Of a DNA stretch of 34,503 nt, positions 28,197 to 34,503 are shown piece after piece (position 1 is the stretch's first letter; every line of letters begins with the position of its first letter). This DNA comes from a virus (Duplodnaviria; Caudoviricetes): positions 1 through 34,503 of the IMG/VR virus record IMGVR_UViG_3300044850_000102; one strand, 5' to 3'. The position numbers were made by a program, and so were the translations under genes. The notes under the pieces were generated by a model. It was not told where the DNA came from and did no database searches. It was given only the letters and a program-made list of their open reading frames with translations.

Positions 28197-29483
28197 TCAG
28201 TGCATGTAAGCATAACCGTCTCCTTTATGAATTATGCTGCAGTGTTTATGGCTGATACCTTGTATGACGCCTGATTTTGTTGTGATGTTGAAGTTTCCAG
28301 ACTTTCGCACAGCGACTTTCCCGATATGAGTCCCGCATTTTTTGCCGCCCGGAACTTTAGCTCGTACTATGTCTCCTGTCTTAAAGCCGAAAAAGATCTT
28401 GCCCTGAGTGGCTTCCCCTCTTGGGAAGCCGAATTTGTCCATGAGTTGAACCTGCCTGTCACCGTGTCCAGTTGCCTTGATTTTAAGTGGCTTCAGTGAA
28501 GCGGGAATATGAACTTTACCACCGGTTTCGGATACACAGACGGCGTCTATCCAGTGGGCTTTTTCGAGGCCCTGGCTCTGGCGGTTAAATTTGGTTTGGG
28601 CTCCCGTTCCGGTGCGGGTAGGGAGAATTCTGGACAGATTTTCACATATTTTATAGCGGGTGGCGTTAACGGCAGCGGCATCTTTCAGTGGGGCCTTGAG
28701 CTGATCATGGATCGCTTTAAGAACTTTGGGCTTTGACTTCAAAAAATCCTCTACGGAGCTGTTCCCCTTCTTTTGATTGCAGGGTCTACAAGCCATACAG
28801 AGATTATCCACTCGGTCGCTTCCACCTTTGGATCGGGCTAGAATATGTTCGATTTCAAGTGGTAGCGAATCCTTGCTGCAGTATGCGCAGCGGTAATTCC
28901 ATTTTTGAAGGAGGAATTCCCTAATTTCAAAGCCAAAGAGGGTTCCCCTCTGATATTCAAGGCCGGAAATGTCTTGATTCTGCATTTTTTGCATGTCAAA
29001 TTTAACGCGCTCGACCACGATCTCAGAAGAGAAGGCAAACGAGGAAAGTCGTCTGGCCCAGGTTTGAACGCCAAGGACCCGCGAAACTATACTGGGCGGC
29101 AGCCAGCCCTTTTTTCTTGTTCGATTGTCGAAACGGGCCTGCCTAAAGCCTGTCTTACGTGCTCGCCGCGTTCCCCTTATAGTTCGTCTTTTGTCGAGAG
29201 CACTTTTGATCTGCTGTCCCCGATGCTCGAGCTCAGCCGCCCAAAGAACTTTTCTGCCTCGCTTGCATGCCGCGACCAGGGCTATGCCTGTGGTCTTGCT
29301 GCCAGGATCGAACTTTAATTCGCTTGCCTGGGTATCGCCCTGTTGCCTCTCAGTCAGGCAGATGGTGAACGGAAACTGTCTGATGACTTTGGCCCTGCCA
29401 TTGCCAAGCAATTGTCTTGCCCGTGCTGGATGGCAAGGCATCAGCGGCTTTCTGCTTTTTGTAATGACCAGGACACTTTGCAT
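28197..29483 (-). CDS. iscB: RNA-guided endonuclease IscB (428 aa)
   Basis: PLMP domain, RuvC-I DPGSKTTG, Arg-rich bridge helix, RuvC-II VERVKFD, HNH (CAYC, EHILARSKGGSDRVDNL..AC.PCN) and RuvC-III HWIDA. Confidence 0.95.
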   Translation of the reverse strand: MQSVLVITKSRKPLMPCHPARARQLLGNGRAKVIRQFPFTICLTERQQGDTQASELKFDPGSKTTGIALVAACKRGRKVLWAAELEHRGQQIKSALDKRRTIRGTRRARKTGFRQARFDNRTRKKGWLPPSIVSRVLGVQTWARRLSSFAFSSEIVVERVKFDMQKMQNQDISGLEYQRGTLFGFEIREFLLQKWNYRCAYCSKDSLPLEIEHILARSKGGSDRVDNLCMACRPCNQKKGNSSVEDFLKSKPKVLKAIHDQLKAPLKDAAAVNATRYKICENLSRILPTRTGTGAQTKFNRQSQGLEKAHWIDAVCVSETGGKVHIPASLKPLKIKATGHGDRQVQLMDKFGFPRGEATQGKIFFGFKTGDIVRAKVPGGKKCGTHIGKVAVRKSGNFNITTKSGVIQGISHKHCSIIHKGDGYAYMH

Positions 29484-29802
29484 AACGCATCCAATTTCTC
29501 GGACTTTCCCGCTGGTCAGTCCCGTTAGGGACGAGCTTGGGTTACCCCAAGGTTCTCGGCTTTCGCCGGTAAAGTGTGCCTCGCTCGGACTGATGGGGTT
29601 ATACTCAAAAGCCGTTCTGGACTTTCCCTTATCCTCACTTCGGTCTTTTGACTCAGAGCCTGGAACTGGCAACGCATTCCAGGGTGCCTCCCAAAAATCC
29701 TCTCCCTGTGTCCAGGGGAGCTGGTCAATGAGGGCTTCGGCTTTGTTTCCTCCATCCGAAGCCCCATCCATATCGCGTTAGCGATTGGGTGGGGAGATTG
29801 AC
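29484..29802 (-). ncRNA. Omega (HEARO-type) RNA scaffold; guide expected from the flank at about 29803-29822
   Basis: GTCAAT...ATTGAC 5' stem, TTGACCAG, CACCCTGGAATGC..GCCAGTTCCAGGCTCTG, CGAGGCACACTTTACCGGCGAAAGCCG and several short hairpins directly upstream of iscB. Confidence 0.85.
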
Positions 29803-29937
29803 CGAACTTTCTCCAAAGGAGACCATGACTTTGTTTCTCAAATTCTGGCCCTCATTTCCTCAACACCAAGCTTTTCTCTAAGGATCGTATTTTCCTGAAA
29901 CGCAAGCTCCCAGTTCCGATACCATTTCTCTTTTCCA

Positions 29938-30054
29938 TCAAAACGGCTCCCCGTTGAAAACGAAACGCAGGAAAAACCACAATCCTATAAGGATCATAAT
30001 CCCCATCCAGATCATGAAAAGAAGTTCTTTGATCTGCTCGAAAGTGAAGCTCAT
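29938..30054 (-). CDS. Small TM protein (38 aa; 71 aa if shifted +1 at TTT TGA)
   Basis: Not in the track. Sequence MSFTFEQIKELLFMIWMGIMILIGLWFFLRFVFNGEPF; ATGA overlap with the upstream gene and RBS GAGGTTAGGA. Confidence 0.6.
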   Translation of the reverse strand: MSFTFEQIKELLFMIWMGIMILIGLWFFLRFVFNGEPF

Positions 30055-30338
30055 AAAATCCTAACCTCATCATCCTGGAGAATCGGTCTCCATTTTTCCT
30101 CGCGTGTGTACTTATCAAAATAGAGATACCCAGCTGACTCGTCGTGATCATCGTCATATATAGGCCATTTTCTCATGCAGTAGGTGGCCTCTATCCATTC
30201 GTTTTCCGGCCAGTCGTTCCGAACAAGAATCTTTACACCGTCTTTCAACGGCAGGACAAGCCGGTCGCACATGAGCTTGCTATCCTTCCGGGCTCGGTAC
30301 ATGGCGAGGACGGGGGTTTCTTCAAGATTAACCAGCAT
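30051..30338 (-). CDS. Hypothetical protein (95 aa)
   Basis: Overlapping stop/start codons on both sides. Confidence 0.6.
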   Translation of the reverse strand: MLVNLEETPVLAMYRARKDSKLMCDRLVLPLKDGVKILVRNDWPENEWIEATYCMRKWPIYDDDHDESAGYLYFDKYTREEKWRPILQDDEVRIL

Positions 30339-30472
30339 TACTTCAATCCCTTCAGCGTTTGAAACACTGCGAGCAGAACCTTGGTCGGCTGTTTTTCAAG
30401 GTCATCTATGCGGTACTTGATTTCATCATAAGTTTCATAATCAAAATTGACGGTTTTTTTGTCGATATCCAT
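30338..30472 (-). CDS. 44-aa protein carrying a copy of the RecT C-terminal motif
   Basis: Not in the track. Sequence MDIDKKTVNFDYETYDEIKYRIDDLEKQPTKVLLAVFQTLKGLK; TAATG overlap with the next gene; 15/19 aa identical to the RecT C-terminus. Confidence 0.7.
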   Translation of the reverse strand: MDIDKKTVNFDYETYDEIKYRIDDLEKQPTKVLLAVFQTLKGLK

Positions 30473-30515
30473 AGCTCATCCCATCACGAAACATCTTTCA
30501 GCCTGTCCAGTGTGT

Positions 30516-31040
30516 TCATCCCCCAACCCCGAACCAATTCGCAGCCATGCCCGCCACTTTTTTTCGCTGTAGCGGTTGGGGTAATTGGCTGATCATCTTT
30601 ATCACGTCGCACAAAAGTTCTTCCGGCTCAGGAATGGTCGTACAATAGCGAGATTCCATTCCTTCGGGCTCAAATTGCACTTCCAAGGCTTTTGATCCGA
30701 TTGACTCAACTGGAAGGTGTCTCTCAAGTTCAAAAGGCTCAGAAATAGTATTAGGGCTATTAATACCTATTGCTTTTTTTGGCATGGAATCCATTGCCCG
30801 CGTTATTGATAATGGCGCAATGTTAACCTGATGGAATGCATCAGCTAAGCGTTCGATAAGCTGCCAGTGTCCGAGTTCAGCAAACCGTCCGACAAATTGG
30901 GAAAGCTCCTGCGGTTCTCGTCCAGCCGCTTCCATGACATGGGATATTTTGCTTATCTGTGTGCCCTGAGCGATTAGCGCGCGTACACCGCTTTCGACAT
31001 CCGAAACGAAATGCAGCTGTGATTCAGTTGGCTGTGCCAT
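30516..31040 (-). CDS. Hypothetical protein (about 174 aa)
   Basis: Long ORF downstream of recT with RBS AGGTGG before MAQP. No family recognised. Confidence 0.6.
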   Translation of the reverse strand: MAQPTESQLHFVSDVESGVRALIAQGTQISKISHVMEAAGREPQELSQFVGRFAELGHWQLIERLADAFHQVNIAPLSITRAMDSMPKKAIGINSPNTISEPFELERHLPVESIGSKALEVQFEPEGMESRYCTTIPEPEELLCDVIKMISQLPQPLQRKKVAGMAANWFGVGG

Positions 31041-31170
31041 AAATACCACCTATATAAAGCAGGAAGGAAAGGTTATTTCCCCACTGCATAAAATGAGCTT
31101 GCTTAGAGCATTGTTTTCCAAACAGCCTTGGAATTTAGGACAGCCATGGCTCGGAAGTCCAGCCGATCTT

Positions 31171-32187
31171 TTAAAAACCTTTGAGAACCTGAAATACTGA
31201 CAACAGGACTTTCGTCGGCTGCGCTTCGAGTTTTTCGAACGGCATACCGATCGCTTCCTCGATCTCGGCTTTGACTTCAGGTCCACCGCCGCGAGCCATA
31301 AGAATCTCAGATATCTTTTCTTCGACCTTACTAAAGATCTCCATGCGCTGGCGCTCGGAATTATCGGCGCTTGATTGAGCATCAATTTCTTGTGGCGTTG
31401 TTACTGGCTCAGACCAGCTAACCCCGGCATCAAGCAAAGTTTGAGCGTTATCCTGGCTATCGCCGATGTCAGCCTGGTCGGATGCCAATGCAGCACCGGC
31501 CATTTCCACGGAAACCGGCAGATATTTAAAGATTCTCCGCACAACGGTTTTGCGCGCCATCTCGTCGAAATGGCTTTTCCAAACAGGGTTATTATTTCCA
31601 TTCGTCCGTATCGCTTCGACCTGCGCTCGGCTCATTACCTCCATCTGAATTCCGCCGTCTTTCAACTTTGCGACGGCATAAACATGAGTCAGCTCTCCCG
31701 GCTCTCCCTCGGTCGGAACGTGTTCGATATATTCTTCGGTCCCATAGCCATAGCGGAAGTGATCATTTTCATGAACTGCTCTTGCCGATATGGATACGAT
31801 CTGTCCCGAGCGGCGGGCAAGGTCGATCAGACCACGATAGCCAGGAATAAACTGAACTTCTCGACATTTTTTCTTATTGTTCCAAAACGGGATAAGGTAG
31901 GCGTGGCCCAGCGCATTTCCCGGTTCAAGTCCGAGCTGGCTGCATTGAATGATGGCGCCGAGAAATGAAACGGGATCACACCCGAGTAGTTCCGGATTTT
32001 TTCTAACCTCTGTTGTCACGACACGCACCATCCGATCCGGTGTCATATGCCTTGGTAGGGCCGCAGAGATCTGCGACTTCTGGGCTTCGAGTAGCTTAAG
32101 TGCGCTGGGCCTATCTTCTGCCGGGCCAGATGATTTCATCGCTGCCGGTGCTGATTTAACTATTGCAGGTCTTTTTTGTTCGCTCAT
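31171..32187 (-). CDS. recT: RecT single-strand annealing recombinase
   Basis: ALPRHMTPDRM.R, SQLGLEPGNALGHAYLIPF, GYRGLIDLARRSGQI and W..HFDEMARKTVVRR.FKYLPVS. Confidence 0.95.
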   Translation of the reverse strand: MSEQKRPAIVKSAPAAMKSSGPAEDRPSALKLLEAQKSQISAALPRHMTPDRMVRVVTTEVRKNPELLGCDPVSFLGAIIQCSQLGLEPGNALGHAYLIPFWNNKKKCREVQFIPGYRGLIDLARRSGQIVSISARAVHENDHFRYGYGTEEYIEHVPTEGEPGELTHVYAVAKLKDGGIQMEVMSRAQVEAIRTNGNNNPVWKSHFDEMARKTVVRRIFKYLPVSVEMAGAALASDQADIGDSQDNAQTLLDAGVSWSEPVTTPQEIDAQSSADNSERQRMEIFSKVEEKISEILMARGGGPEVKAEIEEAIGMPFEKLEAQPTKVLLSVFQVLKGF

Positions 32188-32203
32188 GAGGTATCACCTT
32201 TGC

Positions 32204-32794
32204 TTAGGAAGCCGATTCCGATTCGGCTGGTTTACTATTTTCGATAGGCTTTTTCAGGAGAAATGCAACATAGTCCCGATCTTTGAATTCGCCGAGTTCC
32301 AGGGCCAGGGGATCGCCAGATTTAAGACCTTCGGTGATCGCTGACTTAGAATATGTATAGTCAACTTTCACGTATTTTTCATACTTGATCGAAGCCATGG
32401 CGTCGGCTTTCTCGCTGACCTTGAGTTCGACCGCTTTTGATTTACGCAGACTCGCCACGTATTCATTGCCGGGAAACTTCTCGAACCCATGCCGCTTAAG
32501 GCTGTCCGCAACGTAGCCCTTCAGCCAATCGGCTCGATTCTCAGCCGCTCTTGCCATCGCTGCATAGCGCGCAGCCTTAGCTCTATATCGCTCTGCGTTC
32601 ACCGAAAGGCCATCGACCACATAGACGCAGTTATCAATCTTGACCATTCCGTTATCAACCAAAGCGGCGTGCTGTACCGGGTCGAAATGCCCACCCTGAT
32701 CGTCGAGCATCTCGATTTCAAAGAGGATGGAATCCAAAGTTTTCCGTTCCTCAGTTAATTCCAGGACCCTAAGCCCTGGGCCTTTTTTTGCCAT
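32204..32794 (-). CDS. Siphovirus gp157-like (Gam-like) protein
   Basis: KIDN, coiled coil ..AENRADWLKGYV, SLRKSKAVE, K.AI...LKSG; upstream of recT. Start at MAKK with RBS AGAGG. Confidence 0.7.
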   Translation of the reverse strand: MAKKGPGLRVLELTEERKTLDSILFEIEMLDDQGGHFDPVQHAALVDNGMVKIDNCVYVVDGLSVNAERYRAKAARYAAMARAAENRADWLKGYVADSLKRHGFEKFPGNEYVASLRKSKAVELKVSEKADAMASIKYEKYVKVDYTYSKSAITEGLKSGDPLALELGEFKDRDYVAFLLKKPIENSKPAESESAS

Positions 32795-32950
32795 GCAGCA
32801 ACCTCTTTCCAATGGATGTTTCGAACCTAAAAACCGCTATAGCCATTGTTATAACCGCCTTTCAGGCTATAGAAAATCTTTTTTTTGCATCAGGATTGCG
32901 GTATAAGGATTTTCATGACCCATAACATCCACACAGAAAGGCGTCCAAAA

Positions 32951-33340
32951 ATGATCCCACAGAAAAAGCCCATGCAAATTATTCGGGAAAACGGAATCTA
33001 TAGATGCGTCAAGTTAAACAGGAAATACTACTGCATCGCCTGGGACGAGGCGGCCAATAAAACCCGCGCCATTATAAGCTCAGATCGCGTGGTGGGAGAG
33101 CTACGCAGTTTTGATGGCTACTCGCACGCCGCGGTTGAATACGTGGCGAAGGGTCGCAAGCGAGATACCGCCATCGCCTATTTCAATGCCTTTCTGCGCT
33201 CACAAAAGCGTGCTGGCTTGCTAAAGCAGGTTCAGAGTGCAATCGGGCATGACGCCGAACCAGCGCGATCGATTTGCTCATGGTGCAATGGGAGCGGCAT
33301 AGACCATCGGAACGTCGAGTGGAGCTGCACGAAATGCTAA
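32951..33340 (+). CDS. Hypothetical protein with C-terminal Zn ribbon
   Basis: CSWCNGSG...CTKC; RBS GAAAGG before MIPQ. Start uncertain (32885, 32915 or 32951). Confidence 0.6.
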   Translation: MIPQKKPMQIIRENGIYRCVKLNRKYYCIAWDEAANKTRAIISSDRVVGELRSFDGYSHAAVEYVAKGRKRDTAIAYFNAFLRSQKRAGLLKQVQSAIGHDAEPARSICSWCNGSGIDHRNVEWSCTKC

Positions 33341-33912
33341 ACCGAGAAGAACTACGCGAAGGATCGCCGGAAATTGGTCAAGGGTCGCCTGAGCAAGGGA
33401 AGGTGAATAAGTTACTCGTCGATAACTTCGTCGCGTTCCTGGCCGTATTTTCACCGGCTGAGCGGCAAGCCATTTTTAAAGCCATTATGGCTATGCCCGA
33501 TTTCCCAGGAAAAGAAAAATCCCCTACCCCACCAATGGCTGGCTGGTTGGGGTCAGGCTCCTTAGCAACCGTGGACTTCTGCAAGCGCATAGAGTTCTGC
33601 TACCAGGAGTTTCAAAAAAGACACCGCAAACTCTCAAAGCAGCCCTATATCGACTTCAAAGCCACGGAGGCCCTTGCACATGAAGCCATTCGGTACGGCG
33701 GAGTGCAGGCTCTCCAGGAATACGTTGAGCACCTGGAGCACATATTTCAGTCGGAAACTTGGTGGGGATTTGATAGGCCGGAACGTATGAGGCACCACTG
33801 GCAATCGTATGTTCAAAAGGTTAAATCCCAGCCAGCCAGCCAGCCATTGAGTGGGAGTGGGGAAGTTTTTTTCTTTCAAAAGCTTTCTGCGCATAATATT
33901 GATAGGCCATGA
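33334..33912 (+). CDS. Hypothetical protein (about 192 aa)
   Basis: ATG with RBS GGAG overlapping the previous stop region; helical; no family recognised. Confidence 0.55.
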   Translation: MLNREELREGSPEIGQGSPEQGKVNKLLVDNFVAFLAVFSPAERQAIFKAIMAMPDFPGKEKSPTPPMAGWLGSGSLATVDFCKRIEFCYQEFQKRHRKLSKQPYIDFKATEALAHEAIRYGGVQALQEYVEHLEHIFQSETWWGFDRPERMRHHWQSYVQKVKSQPASQPLSGSGEVFFFQKLSAHNIDRP

Positions 33913-34503
33913 TACATATGCGTCAAATGAAAGCCTTGCAGGGAAGCTGGGAAGCAGAGTTAAATGCGCCCACATCATCTGCACATGTTTCCCTCCAGCG
34001 CCTGCGACTTAGTGGGCCACCATAAACAGCCGCTTGCTATTGGTACGCGGATCTGTGCTGGGTTTACTGGAGACTGCACAGAATGTGATTCACAGAAAAG
34101 CCATCGGTCTTAATGCCCTCGGCTTTCCCGCTCTTTGAAAACCTCATAACGCAACGCGCTCTTTAACCGGCGAGCGGCAAGACCGCGCTTAGCGGTCGAT
34201 AGCTCGGCGGAACCAGTTGATACCGGAAAGCATGGGGAGAAGGGTGCACGGTATTTCCGACGGGTTGGGCTACCGAGAAAACGGGGTATGAAAAGATGTC
34301 TAAGAAAAATCCCCGTAGCCCATGAGCAGCGCGGCCTCATTTTCAAAAACGCCGGTTTCAAATCGCGATACTGTGCGCCAGAATAGACTTCTTAGGATTA
34401 CCTCATAAAGGGGGAGCGTTCAAACAGGATCGGTCGGATTTGGATTTGGGGATTTCGGATTTTCACTCAGGCAGGCCCACCCACCCAGCCCAGTCCATAG
34501 AAG

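Larger units (their letters stand above)
28041..29802 (-). mobile_element. Non-autonomous IS200/IS605-superfamily IscB (OMEGA) element, about 1.76 kb
   Basis: Omega-RNA scaffold starting GTCAAT, then iscB, then a long subterminal hairpin; no tnpA. Ends uncertain by 1-2 nt. Confidence 0.8.
844..33912. mobile_element. Tailed phage or prophage region (siphovirus-like); boundaries not visible
   Basis: Co-oriented packaging, head, tail and lysis genes in canonical order, plus RecT and gp157 recombination genes. A tape measure gene is present and no sheath or baseplate genes were recognised. No integrase or att site seen. Confidence 0.93.

Noticed and set aside
29484-29771. 96-aa N-terminal extension of IscB in the ORF track (524 aa)
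   Set aside because: It overlaps the structured omega RNA, and IscB normally starts just before the PLMP motif, so ATG 29483 is preferred.
29125-29781. 218-aa plus-strand ORF and other antisense ORFs (for example 31375-31968 and 11586-11957)
   Set aside because: Shadow frames opposite well-supported genes, with no motifs.
1-34503. CRISPR array, integrase/att sites, alternative genetic code
   Set aside because: No regularly spaced repeats or recombinase were seen. All three stop codons end intact genes, so the standard code fits.

Overview
The window is a large part of a tailed (siphovirus-like) phage or prophage genome. The minus strand from 22821 to 844 carries a virion and lysis arm: terS, terL, portal, two morphogenesis genes, scaffold, major capsid, neck genes, tail tube, tail chaperone with a -1 frameshift site, tape measure, tail tip genes, a 1164-aa tail fibre, a GH24 lysozyme, an M15 peptidase and a VRR-NUC nuclease. 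Divergent from terS is a 7-deazaguanine DNA-modification operon (ParB-like, DpdA/TGT-like, queD, queE, folE, queC). Further right lie a tRNA-like element, two secreted cargo proteins, a non-autonomous IscB/omega-RNA element, and a RecT/gp157 recombination operon. The most unusual signals are: (1) the IscB element sits between the Shine-Dalgarno and the ATG of a cargo gene and supplies a replacement SD; (2) an unlisted 44-aa ORF carries a synonymously diverged copy of the RecT C-terminal motif; (3) the lysozyme is broken by a T9 tract in its signal sequence; (4) a deletion scar leaves an orphan S74 chaperone tail; (5) mutually exclusive hairpins flank the capsid RBS. All family assignments come from motif recognition by eye, and no searches were run. 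No integrase, repressor, CRISPR array or reverse transcriptase was seen.
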